Positions 28,418-38,214 of a DNA stretch of 53,797 nucleotides are shown in pieces. Position 1 is the first letter of the stretch; every line of letters begins with the position of its first letter. The translations under genes were made by a program, and so were the position numbers. The notes under the pieces are model-generated. The model did not search any database. It was not told the DNA's origin and was given only the letters and a program-made list of their open reading frames with translations. Location: positions 1 through 53,797 of IMG/VR virus record IMGVR_UViG_3300020469_003502; one strand, written 5' to 3'. Source of the DNA: a virus (taxonomy: Duplodnaviria; Caudoviricetes).

Positions 28418-29390
28418 CCTAGTACCTATAACAGAATTTGATATTGTATATATTAGTTATGATGAACCAAATGCAGAACAGAATTATGCAGACCTATTAG
28501 AAAAGTGTCCGTGGGCACAACGCAGTCATGGAGTATGGGGCAGTGATGCCGCACACAAAGCCGCGGCGGCACTTTGTGAAACAGACAGATTTATTACAGT
28601 AGATGCTGATAATATTGTAGATCCTGAATTCTTTAGTCAGATAATTGACTTAGACACAATAGATGCAGATGATATTATCAGTTGGGCAGGAAAAAATGAA
28701 GTAAATGGTTTGGTATACGGTAATGGTGGTATCAAGTGTTGGCCCGTGCATGTAGTTGAAAGAATGCGTACACATGAAGCCGCACCTGAAAGCGATAAAA
28801 GAGCACAGGTTGACTTTTGTTGGAATATGCGTTATGTACAAATGAACAATGTGTACTGTGATGTAATGAACAATGGTAGTCCACTGCAAGCATGGAGAGC
28901 TGGTTTCCGTGAAGGTGTTAAGATGGGACTAGATGGGGGTGATGTTGTAGACCCTAAGCATCTTAAAAATATACACAAAGGTAATCTTGACAGACTTTTA
29001 GTTTGGATGAGTGTAGGAGAAGATGCTGTTAATGGCTTGTGGGCTATATATGGTGCAAGATTGGGTTGTCATATGACCAATATCCAACGCAAAGATTGGG
29101 ATTGGAAAAATGTGCGTGACTTTGATTGGTTAACAAACTTCTTTAAAACAGAACTATTTCCAGAGTTTGAAGGTGGCAACGAGATGTGTGTAAACACAGG
29201 CATGACTTGGGATTGGAATAAACTTAAAGCTAAAACTGTTGAACTTGGTAAAGATATCAGAGGTGTGTTAGATTTAGAAATAAGTGACTTAGATAAAACT
29301 GCTAGTCGATTCTTTAAGACTGTTTATAAAAATCCAAGTAGGCTTGGTGCTATGGTCAAAGAAGAAAATGTGGTAGATACTATTGGCTAA
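28410..29390 (+). CDS. GT-A fold glycosyltransferase-like protein
   Basis: DIVYISYDE, AHKAAA, FITVDADN (DxD), AWRAGFREGVK. Confidence 0.65.
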   Translation: MPNLVPITEFDIVYISYDEPNAEQNYADLLEKCPWAQRSHGVWGSDAAHKAAAALCETDRFITVDADNIVDPEFFSQIIDLDTIDADDIISWAGKNEVNGLVYGNGGIKCWPVHVVERMRTHEAAPESDKRAQVDFCWNMRYVQMNNVYCDVMNNGSPLQAWRAGFREGVKMGLDGGDVVDPKHLKNIHKGNLDRLLVWMSVGEDAVNGLWAIYGARLGCHMTNIQRKDWDWKNVRDFDWLTNFFKTELFPEFEGGNEMCVNTGMTWDWNKLKAKTVELGKDIRGVLDLEISDLDKTASRFFKTVYKNPSRLGAMVKEENVVDTIG

Positions 29391-30735
29391 CTTTGATGAA
29401 ATGTACGGAGAAACATTTTGTGTTTACCCTTGGTTAAGCCTAATGGTCAATACTAGTGGTAGTATTGACTTTTGTTGTATTGCCAAACCCAGTGTACTAC
29501 GTGGCGACGATGGCAAAATTTTAGATATCAACAGTACAACACTAAAGCAAGCATGGAACGGCAAAGACATGCGTGACATACGCATGACTATGATGCAAGG
29601 TGAACAAGTTAGCAGTTGTAAACACTGTTATCTGCAAGAAGAAGTAGGTAAAAAAAGTTTTCGTCAAATGCATAATGAGGAATGGGAACGCCGTATAGGC
29701 GAAGAAGCCATTCATGAACGCATTGAAGCAAGCTATAATAACGACTTTGAACTACCAGACCATGATCCACTTTACTTGGACTTGCGTTTGGGTAATTTGT
29801 GTAATCTTAGTTGTAGAATGTGCAACAGTTTTAACAGTAGTACTATTGCTAAAGAGGATGCCAAGCTCACTGATGTTGAAGAAGATTATACTAGAATACA
29901 AGAAAAGACATACGGAAAACGCCCAGACTGGATTAACAGCAAGGAATACAGAGAAAAGTTTGATGCTGATGACTTTTGGAAAGACATATACGAATGGATG
30001 CCTAAACTGAGAAAAGTTTACATGACAGGCGGCGAGCCTACTATGATTCAAAACAACATGGAGTTTTTGAACTATGCCTCAGAACAAGGTCACAGTAAAC
30101 ATATTAATGTGTTTATGAATACAAACTGTACAAACGCAAATCAAAAGTTTTTAGATAGTATAAGCAAGTTTGAAAGTGTAGACATCAATGCTAGTTTAGA
30201 TGGTGTAGGTGTTGTGAATGAATTTATACGTGGTACTAAGAATTGGGATATTATACTGAGAAACTATCGCAGTATATTAAGTTTACCAAATGTTTCTAGT
30301 AATATAAGTCCAGTACTACAGATTTACAACCTAAATAGAATACATGAAATACTATATCTTGCAAACGATTTAAGTGAAGAATTTTATGCAGGCAAGCCAG
30401 AACTTGAATGGAAAAGCATTGGTGTTGATATATTAATTAATACACACCCTCCATATTTAGATATAAGAAATCTACCTCTTGAAATGAGACAGGATGCTAA
30501 AAATAGATTGCTCGAATTCAAAGAACAGTGTAATATACTATATGAGAAGAATTGGTTGATTAAAAATAGTGTAGACGGTATCGTTGGATACCTAGAACAA
30601 CCACAGTTAGATACATGGGAGGAACAACTACAAGATTTTGTAAAGATGACCGAAACATGGGATAGACAACGTAATACTAACTTTAGTGTCGTTGATGACC
30701 AACTGTATGAACAAATACGAGGATTGGTGAGTTAA
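29383..30735 (+). CDS. Radical SAM protein with N-terminal SPASM/twitch-like Fe-S domain
   Basis: FCVYPW..CC..CKHC, then CNLSCRMC and TGGEP. TTG start. Confidence 0.9.
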   Translation: MANFDEMYGETFCVYPWLSLMVNTSGSIDFCCIAKPSVLRGDDGKILDINSTTLKQAWNGKDMRDIRMTMMQGEQVSSCKHCYLQEEVGKKSFRQMHNEEWERRIGEEAIHERIEASYNNDFELPDHDPLYLDLRLGNLCNLSCRMCNSFNSSTIAKEDAKLTDVEEDYTRIQEKTYGKRPDWINSKEYREKFDADDFWKDIYEWMPKLRKVYMTGGEPTMIQNNMEFLNYASEQGHSKHINVFMNTNCTNANQKFLDSISKFESVDINASLDGVGVVNEFIRGTKNWDIILRNYRSILSLPNVSSNISPVLQIYNLNRIHEILYLANDLSEEFYAGKPELEWKSIGVDILINTHPPYLDIRNLPLEMRQDAKNRLLEFKEQCNILYEKNWLIKNSVDGIVGYLEQPQLDTWEEQLQDFVKMTETWDRQRNTNFSVVDDQLYEQIRGLVS

Positions 30736-32033
30736 TGGGCCAAGATTTTTTAGAAGATTACGGAAAGAAATTTTGCATACTTCCTTGGATGCATATGGCA
30801 ACTTATACAGACGGCACAGCCTTGCTTTGCTGTCTAGCTCAGCCTACTGATGACAAGAGACTTAATCTTAACAATGCAACAATAGAAGGAGTTTGGAATA
30901 GTTACTATTTCAAAAATGCAAGAAAAGAAATGCTAGAAGGCAAAGCACTTAAAGCCTGTATGCATTGTTGGAAAGAAGAAGCGGCAGGCATACGCAGTCA
31001 TAGAATGAATGAGAATAATTTATGGGCAAAGAAACTTGGTAGAGAATATATCAATGATCTAATAGCTAGTACTAAAGAAGATGGAAGTATAGACCAAGAT
31101 GTTATAACATTAGATTTACGTTTGGGCAATACATGCAACGTACAGTGTGTGATGTGTAGACCAACTGACTCAAGCAAATGGGTAAGAGATGCAGAAAAGA
31201 TAAAAGATCTAAACGCAGATAATCCTGTTGTTAAACATGATTGGGAATGGAAACTGCAAGACCATAAAAAGAATAATTATAACTGGGCCGCTGATGATGA
31301 GTTTTGGCACGAAGAAATAGCACCATTATTACCTAACATGCGTCATTTTATATTTGCTGGTGGCGAACCGCTTTATCTTAAAAATCACAAACGTTTTTTA
31401 AAACTGTGTGTTGAAAGTGGACATGCAGAACACATAGAACTACGCTATCATACCAACGGTACTCTAATGCCAGATGATATTATCGAACTATGGAGTAACT
31501 TTAAATTTGTTGAACTTATGCTTAGTATAGATGGTATAGGTGATATGAACAAATGGCTACGTTATCCAACTGATTGGAACACAGTACACAAAACACTAGA
31601 CAAAGTAGAACAAGCACCTGATAACATTATAGGCAAAGTATTGTGTACAGTAAGTGCATTAAACATTTGGTACTTGCCAGACTTTGCACAGTTCTTGTTT
31701 GATAAAAACTATAAAAAAATTGGAATACATGACCATGAAGGAATGTTTCATCCTGGAGTATTGCATTTCCCACAGTATATGTGTGCTAAAGTATTACCAC
31801 AAGGAATGAAGGATACTATAACACAAAAGATAGATGATTTTACACTAAAGTATCCAAACAAAAATAAAGTACAAGAACTTAAAACCATGACAGCATTTAT
31901 GAATAGTGAAGATCACAGTGATAAATGGCCCGCACTCAATCAGTATATAAGAACAATTGATCAGATGCGTAAAACTGATTTCAAACAAGATTTTACAGAA
32001 CTATATGAGATATGGGGTAAGTATGAAGTTTGA
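30735..32033 (+). CDS. Radical SAM protein with N-terminal twitch domain, tandem paralog
   Basis: FCILPW..CC..CMHC, then CNVQCVMC and AGGEP. Confidence 0.9.
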   Translation: MGQDFLEDYGKKFCILPWMHMATYTDGTALLCCLAQPTDDKRLNLNNATIEGVWNSYYFKNARKEMLEGKALKACMHCWKEEAAGIRSHRMNENNLWAKKLGREYINDLIASTKEDGSIDQDVITLDLRLGNTCNVQCVMCRPTDSSKWVRDAEKIKDLNADNPVVKHDWEWKLQDHKKNNYNWAADDEFWHEEIAPLLPNMRHFIFAGGEPLYLKNHKRFLKLCVESGHAEHIELRYHTNGTLMPDDIIELWSNFKFVELMLSIDGIGDMNKWLRYPTDWNTVHKTLDKVEQAPDNIIGKVLCTVSALNIWYLPDFAQFLFDKNYKKIGIHDHEGMFHPGVLHFPQYMCAKVLPQGMKDTITQKIDDFTLKYPNKNKVQELKTMTAFMNSEDHSDKWPALNQYIRTIDQMRKTDFKQDFTELYEIWGKYEV

Positions 32034-33006
32034 CGTTACACTACAAAATGATCTCGGACAATCAAAAACGCTAAAATGTGATATATTTGCAGATTGGTTT
32101 CATCTTGGATTGATGAATCCACCTGATGTAATACATTGGAATGTATTTCACAAACATGATGCACTAAACAGGTTGTATAAAATTACAGAAACATTAGATA
32201 AAAAAATCAATGAATGGAACAATATTGCTGATGCATACAAAACAGAAAATATACCACTGAGTGAGATACTTGGAAATATTGTAATGAGCAGTGGCAATGC
32301 TTTTTGTAAAATAGACAACAAGTTACACAAGTTTAACCCTCTCAAAGAGTGGTATAGCATGGATAAAAAAACTATTGATCATAAGTTTGGATTGGTTGTA
32401 CATCAAGATATTCTCAATCCTATGCAAACACAAGTAATTTTAATTTATAGAGTGTTGAACGATCAGAATTTAATTACACATATTAACAAGTTAGTAGAGA
32501 TATTTCACATGATAAAAGTAATGCGAGATGTTACTACTAGTATTACACAAGAAACAAATTTACAGAACTTTGGTTTAAAGTTTCACAATGACTTTCATCT
32601 ATTAGATGACGAATGGGTTGATAGATTTAGTATGGAGCGTAACCCTGGAGAAATATTTTTGTACCCAACACAAATAGGATATGACTACGACAACATAATG
32701 ATAGAACTGTATGATGACGATGAACACAATGCAATAAAGATGACCAGTAACAGTTTTGATTTGGTAGAGCAACAAGTTTGTTACAATGGAGAACTACTGT
32801 TTTGGTGTGGTGATCCAAGAACACACGAAGACGCATTAGAACATCTAGACTATAGTCTGAACAGCTATTGGGGTGGTTATAAAATTAAAAAGACCGACAC
32901 TAGAAACAAATATGACATGCTTACTTGGGGCATGTTAAAGGTCGGAAGTTTTGATATTGTTCCTGAACCAGAATACGATACGGTAAAAAATTATGTTATC
33001 AGATAG
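32023..33006 (+). CDS. Hypothetical protein
   Basis: ATG 32023 with GGGG RBS; overlaps both neighbours; no recognisable motif. Confidence 0.6.
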   Translation: MKFDVTLQNDLGQSKTLKCDIFADWFHLGLMNPPDVIHWNVFHKHDALNRLYKITETLDKKINEWNNIADAYKTENIPLSEILGNIVMSSGNAFCKIDNKLHKFNPLKEWYSMDKKTIDHKFGLVVHQDILNPMQTQVILIYRVLNDQNLITHINKLVEIFHMIKVMRDVTTSITQETNLQNFGLKFHNDFHLLDDEWVDRFSMERNPGEIFLYPTQIGYDYDNIMIELYDDDEHNAIKMTSNSFDLVEQQVCYNGELLFWCGDPRTHEDALEHLDYSLNSYWGGYKIKKTDTRNKYDMLTWGMLKVGSFDIVPEPEYDTVKNYVIR

Positions 33007-34030
33007 TGCAGAGCTTGTTGAAATTAAACAAAAGTACAACAAGTACTTTCATATCAATTGGAACTTGACCAACAAGTGTAACTTCAGCTGTGCATACTGT
33101 CACCCTTATAACTACGAAGGCAGTAGTCCTGCTTTTGATTTAGACACTTACAAAAACTTTGTAACACGAGTAAAAAGTTATCTCAACGAAGATGAAGAAC
33201 TAGTAATAAGTTTTACAGGCGGAGAGCCTACAGCATTGCCTGTGTTTGATGACTTTTTAACTTGGCTAGTAGAAGAGAAAGTACAAGTTGGTCTAACAAC
33301 AAACGGAAGTAAAAGTCTTAAGTTTTGGGAAAAGCACAAGGAAAGTTTTCGTTGGGTAAGTTTTAGTTTCCACAGTGAAAAAACAAACCTAAGACATTGT
33401 GTAAATGTAATTGATACACTTTGGCCTCATACGCTATTGGGTGTGCGTATTATGATGCACCCACAACAGGTATACTTTGACAAGTGTATAGAATTTTTTA
33501 ACATACTAAAAACAGAACCTTACATGGGACAATTTTTTGTTGAGAAGGTTCCTATTGTTGCAGATTGGCTTACAGAAAAAGAACGCCCGCATGTCTATAC
33601 AAAACAACAACAAGCACAGATAGATGAAAAACAAAGTTTTAAACGCAGAAGTGCTAATCCTAATGTAAACTATGAACAATATACAATGCCTATTGATGCT
33701 ACTGCAATTTATAAACTAAAGGATGGTAGATACAAAGAGGAAACTATATTTGATACAAACGGACTGTACAGTGCAAAACAAAACAAGTTTAAAGGCTGGA
33801 ATTGCTATGCAGGTATCGACGGATTGTTTGTTAACGAACTAGGATTAATAAGTGGAGCCGCATGTTTGCCTGAGGGCAAAGATGAGAACGGTACTATAAG
33901 GTGGCTTGGTAAAATAGATAATATGAAGCACTTTAGAATGAGAACAGATCCCTACATTTGTCAAAAAACAGAATGTTTTTGTAACACAGATTTGATACTA
34001 AGCAAGTTTAAAGAGGCAGTAGCAGTATGA
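32993..34030 (+). CDS. Radical SAM protein with C-terminal auxiliary Cys cluster
   Basis: CNFSCAYC, TGGEPT, TTNGS; C-terminal GWNC...C...CQKTECFC. Confidence 0.9.
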   Translation: MLSDSAELVEIKQKYNKYFHINWNLTNKCNFSCAYCHPYNYEGSSPAFDLDTYKNFVTRVKSYLNEDEELVISFTGGEPTALPVFDDFLTWLVEEKVQVGLTTNGSKSLKFWEKHKESFRWVSFSFHSEKTNLRHCVNVIDTLWPHTLLGVRIMMHPQQVYFDKCIEFFNILKTEPYMGQFFVEKVPIVADWLTEKERPHVYTKQQQAQIDEKQSFKRRSANPNVNYEQYTMPIDATAIYKLKDGRYKEETIFDTNGLYSAKQNKFKGWNCYAGIDGLFVNELGLISGAACLPEGKDENGTIRWLGKIDNMKHFRMRTDPYICQKTECFCNTDLILSKFKEAVAV

Positions 34031-34578
34031 AAAAGTTATTACACATACCAAACTGTTGGCATGAACAAATTGCAAACGCATACGATTTAGAATTAGTAAC
34101 AGATAATCCTGATATTATTATACTACGTGATCCTTTTGATAGAGCTGTAGAAGCTACAGTAGATTTGTTGGACAGCGGAGGTGAAACCAATGGTTTGACA
34201 TTTGAAGAATTATTGTTTCAAGACAACAATATATATTCAAAAGCATTGAGAATCACAACTGGAACAGCAGATGAGCTGAAACAGAAAATGTTCGAGTTTG
34301 TTTGGTTAAGCAGTTATATCGTTTGGCCTAGAATAACAGGTGAACTGCACCCCAAGGAGCAGACCAAACCACTTGAAAGATTTAATTTGACCAGCACAAG
34401 TAAAAAATTAAGTGATTATCTTTCTGTGCCACATCAGCAGTTAAATGTCAATCAAAGATTTACTAGTAGTGATTTAGGTACAGCTCTACGTGGAGACTTT
34501 CAACTTGCTAACAGTATGGATTATGATCTCGTAAGAAAATTAAAAATATACACAGACAAAGGAAGATACTATGAGTAA
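34027..34578 (+). CDS. Degenerate sulfotransferase-like protein
   Basis: LLHIP, ILRDPFDR and NSMDYDL remnants; the KTGGT loop is absent. Confidence 0.5.
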   Translation: MKKLLHIPNCWHEQIANAYDLELVTDNPDIIILRDPFDRAVEATVDLLDSGGETNGLTFEELLFQDNNIYSKALRITTGTADELKQKMFEFVWLSSYIVWPRITGELHPKEQTKPLERFNLTSTSKKLSDYLSVPHQQLNVNQRFTSSDLGTALRGDFQLANSMDYDLVRKLKIYTDKGRYYE

Positions 34579-35401
34579 TGTTATTGTTTTCCCACATTGT
34601 CCTAAAACTGGCGGAACCACGCTTAAAGAACGCTACAGCAATCAAAACGAATCGTTTGCAATAACAGATTTAAATCACAATGTCAATAATAAAACCAAAG
34701 TGATATTTGGACATAATGTAAAAATTGGATATTACGAAAACGTTCTCAAAAATAACTGTGTATACATCACATGTTTACGCAATCCTGTAAGCAGAATAAT
34801 GAGCATGTATAACTTTTATAGAACACAAATCCTTTATATGAATCCAGATAGTCCAGACATTGACTTCTATCTTTGGTTCATAAACAAAGATGTTATTAGA
34901 CCTATGTCTGTAGTCAAACAGTACGAATACTTTTTATATCAGCATGCTGATCATGTAAGCTGGTTTGAAGATAAAACACTAGCAGATCCTTTTCGTTCGA
35001 ATGATATGTATCTCAATAGTGTACTATCCTGGGACGTTGAAGCAGATAAAAGTTCTGTAGACAACAATAAATTAGAAGACCGTATAAAACACAAACAACA
35101 AGTTGAACAACAGAATATGAATGTAACTTGGGATAGAGTAGTAAATAATTTTGACCATGTATTTTTTCAACATGAAGATATTGTTGATATCTTTGATAAC
35201 CTATTAGTAAAGTATGACATACAAATGCAAGTATGGAAAGAAATGATCATAACCAACGAAACAAAACATGATTTAGAAAAACATAATTTAGAATATGTAA
35301 ACTTTTACAACTTAGACGACGACTTAAAGTATCTTGTTGAGCTTGATCTAAAAGCTGATATTGACTTTTACAATAGATGCGAGGAAAAATGGAAACGCTA
35401 G
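34571..35401 (+). CDS. PAPS-dependent sulfotransferase (family 2)
   Basis: 5'-PSB HCPKTGGTT, 3'-PB LRNPVSRIMSMY, C-terminal DIDFY. Confidence 0.85.
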   Translation: MSNVIVFPHCPKTGGTTLKERYSNQNESFAITDLNHNVNNKTKVIFGHNVKIGYYENVLKNNCVYITCLRNPVSRIMSMYNFYRTQILYMNPDSPDIDFYLWFINKDVIRPMSVVKQYEYFLYQHADHVSWFEDKTLADPFRSNDMYLNSVLSWDVEADKSSVDNNKLEDRIKHKQQVEQQNMNVTWDRVVNNFDHVFFQHEDIVDIFDNLLVKYDIQMQVWKEMIITNETKHDLEKHNLEYVNFYNLDDDLKYLVELDLKADIDFYNRCEEKWKR

Positions 35402-36135
35402 CAGTATTTCATATACTTAAAAACGGAGGTACAACTCTAGTAGATAGATACAAGCATAATGATAATTTTGTTTATCAGCGTATTCCTAGTGAAATCATAT
35501 ACAATTATCAAAGTATCACACAGCAAAGTTATCATGTTAACATGTGTGATCGTGCAACACCCAGTGTAATATTTGGACACGGTGTTACATTTGCATGGGA
35601 TAAACTCTTGCAAAATCCTGTAAAGTATGCTACTATACTAAGAGATCCAATAAAACGTATGATGAGTGCGTATAATTATTTTAGATTAGAAATGATTAAC
35701 GTACACAATCATGCATCTAATATTGATTTTGTTACGTGGCTTATAAATTGTGATAGAATGTTACCAACTCCTACATTTGCACAATATCAACAGTTTAGTA
35801 CACAAGTTTCTTTGAGAGAAGATTATGGAAGACACATTGACGGAGAATTAGAATATGAACTATACAGTACTGCTATTGAAAACGTTCAACGGCTAGACCA
35901 CATACTTTTTATAGAGGATAATTATATAGAGAAGTTCGACAAAGTAGCTAAAACATATGATGTAACACCAGATGATGCTGTAACACATCAACACGATACA
36001 GTAGTTCAGTTGCGTGAACGAAAAGAACAGTATGTCAAGTACAGTGACTTAGACGTAGTTGCACAAGACTTACTGTTACAAACTGTACAAAGAGATCAAC
36101 AGTTTTACGATTATTGCAAGGAAGAATTTGCATGA
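35389..36135 (+). CDS. PAPS-dependent sulfotransferase (family 2)
   Basis: FHILKNGGTT, LRDPIKRMMSAY, DQQFY. GAGG RBS before ATG 35389. Confidence 0.85.
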   Translation: METLAVFHILKNGGTTLVDRYKHNDNFVYQRIPSEIIYNYQSITQQSYHVNMCDRATPSVIFGHGVTFAWDKLLQNPVKYATILRDPIKRMMSAYNYFRLEMINVHNHASNIDFVTWLINCDRMLPTPTFAQYQQFSTQVSLREDYGRHIDGELEYELYSTAIENVQRLDHILFIEDNYIEKFDKVAKTYDVTPDDAVTHQHDTVVQLRERKEQYVKYSDLDVVAQDLLLQTVQRDQQFYDYCKEEFA

Positions 36136-37583
36136 GAGATTATTATAGTCCAAAAAGAACTTATGTTGGACAATATACTCATGACAAACACAATACCTAT
36201 TTTGAACACGGACTAGGTTACTATAATGTTCCACTTACTGGCAAGTGTGCTGGAGAGTTTGATCACAATACTGTAACTGGTATTGCTGTAAAGACTTGGG
36301 AGCATGGTGAAACTTATGTAGGACAATACTTGTTGAATAAGAAACAAGGATTAGGTCTACATGTTTGGCCCACTGGTGCTAGATACTATGGAGAGTTTCA
36401 CAACAACAAACCTTGTGGGTACGGTATATTAGAAACAGCCCACAAAGGTGTAAAATTTATAGGTCGAGTTGATGGCATGATAGCAGAGCCACGAGAAGGG
36501 CAATGGTATCTCAACGACAAACCTTGTGGACTTGATGAAGCTGACATCGACGGGGTTGGTTGTAGAACACTAAAAGACGGCACAGTTGTAAACGCTGTGG
36601 GCGAACGCACAGAAAAATTCACTGACAAAAATGGTGAAATAGTTACAAGACATACAGAAAAGAATATAGTAACTGAAACTAGATATATAGAACCTTACAA
36701 TTTTATGTACGGAAAAAGAGATACAACACACTATGGTGATTGGATAAGAACATACACAGGACACTTTTTAAGTGGCAGGTACCATGGTAGATCTCAAGTT
36801 CAACAGCTGGGTACTCCAGACTATGAAAGCAATTGGATACTAGGTGATCCAGTACAGTTTGAAACATATAGCAGTGTAGCATTTGACGAAGCTAGTAATT
36901 ATACAAGAAGTATAGAACGTAGAATGACAAGACGCTATTGTGCAATTTATGATTTAGCAGTTAGCCATTTGTTACGTACAAACCCAATTTACAATAAACA
37001 AGATGATTTTACTATTGTAGAGTTTGGAGTTGGTAAAGGTGAACACTTACAGTTTTTACAAAAGTTATTTCCAAGAGCTACAATAATAGGTGTTGACAAT
37101 TTATCTAGTTTTAGTATTGCAAAAAATGAACTAGAGAAACAACAAATAGATGACATAAAAATTGCAAAAAGAATTCCTGGTATCCATTTAGAACTAGAAC
37201 AAGACTGTTATGATCCACAAGTAATTAAACGTCTGACAGAAAAATATGGTCCGATAGATTTAGCAATCCATGATGCAACACATACAAGTGATGCATGGAA
37301 CAAACTAGGAGCAATACGAAATGGACTACACCCCAATCGAGGCTTGTTGATATCTGAGGAGATGTGTTGTAACAATGACGCTACAGATAAAGACAGTGTG
37401 GACTGGCATCAAATAGAACTAGCAAAAGATCAAATGTGGAGAATATGGGATTTACGTCCATTGAGTTTTCATACTCACACAAATAGTTTTATAGGCGTAT
37501 GGTCTCCTGCTCCAAAACAGTTTCATGCAGGAGCATTAAGTTTGTATGAGATATACAAAGACGGGGAGAAGCAGTATGGATAG
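36132..37583 (+). CDS. MORN-repeat protein fused to a class I SAM-dependent methyltransferase
   Basis: YVGQYLLNKKQGLG, YYGEFHNNKPCGYG and YTGHFLSGRYHGRS repeats; IVEFGVGKG, IIGVD, DLAIHDATH. Confidence 0.75.
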   Translation: MRDYYSPKRTYVGQYTHDKHNTYFEHGLGYYNVPLTGKCAGEFDHNTVTGIAVKTWEHGETYVGQYLLNKKQGLGLHVWPTGARYYGEFHNNKPCGYGILETAHKGVKFIGRVDGMIAEPREGQWYLNDKPCGLDEADIDGVGCRTLKDGTVVNAVGERTEKFTDKNGEIVTRHTEKNIVTETRYIEPYNFMYGKRDTTHYGDWIRTYTGHFLSGRYHGRSQVQQLGTPDYESNWILGDPVQFETYSSVAFDEASNYTRSIERRMTRRYCAIYDLAVSHLLRTNPIYNKQDDFTIVEFGVGKGEHLQFLQKLFPRATIIGVDNLSSFSIAKNELEKQQIDDIKIAKRIPGIHLELEQDCYDPQVIKRLTEKYGPIDLAIHDATHTSDAWNKLGAIRNGLHPNRGLLISEEMCCNNDATDKDSVDWHQIELAKDQMWRIWDLRPLSFHTHTNSFIGVWSPAPKQFHAGALSLYEIYKDGEKQYG

Positions 37584-38214
37584 ACATCGTATTCCAAGAA
37601 TAAAAGATAGTTTGCAATTTTTAAAAGAATCAGGGTGTCACATTGAATATTGTTTAGATATCGGAGTACATTCAGGAACTCCGTGGTTACAGTATAGTTT
37701 TCCTAAAGCACATTATGTTTTGATTGAACCAGATACAAATCACAACAAAGCTATACATGAAAACTATAAAAACTATAGCTATGAACTTATAAATGTAGCA
37801 GTTGGCAAAACTAATCAAACACAAGCAAGTTTAAGTTGTGTACACGAAGGCAAAACTTTCGCTATAAAGTCTGATATTGTTGAACTGGATAGTTTGAAAA
37901 TAGTACCACCAAGTAATAGTTTGTGTAAGATAGATGTTGACGGATATGAGTTACAAGTAATAGAAGGTGGTAATAATACATTGGCTAACTTTGATATTCT
38001 TATAATAGAAAGTCAACTAAAAGATTTACATCATATTATATTTGAATGTGAACATACACTAAACTTCGGTCTATGGGATATTGTAAACATGGACTATGAA
38101 TATGGAAACCTACATCAAGTAGACTTAATTTTTAAAAAGAATAACTTTATACTAAATCCTGTTGATGGTTACTTGGATTATCAATTCTTTCGGCAAGGAA
38201 GCGAATTGCAATGA
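37576..38214 (+). CDS. FkbM-family methyltransferase
   Basis: LDIGVHSG, LIEP, LCKIDVDGYELQVIEG, QVDLIF. Confidence 0.85.
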   Translation: MDRHRIPRIKDSLQFLKESGCHIEYCLDIGVHSGTPWLQYSFPKAHYVLIEPDTNHNKAIHENYKNYSYELINVAVGKTNQTQASLSCVHEGKTFAIKSDIVELDSLKIVPPSNSLCKIDVDGYELQVIEGGNNTLANFDILIIESQLKDLHHIIFECEHTLNFGLWDIVNMDYEYGNLHQVDLIFKKNNFILNPVDGYLDYQFFRQGSELQ

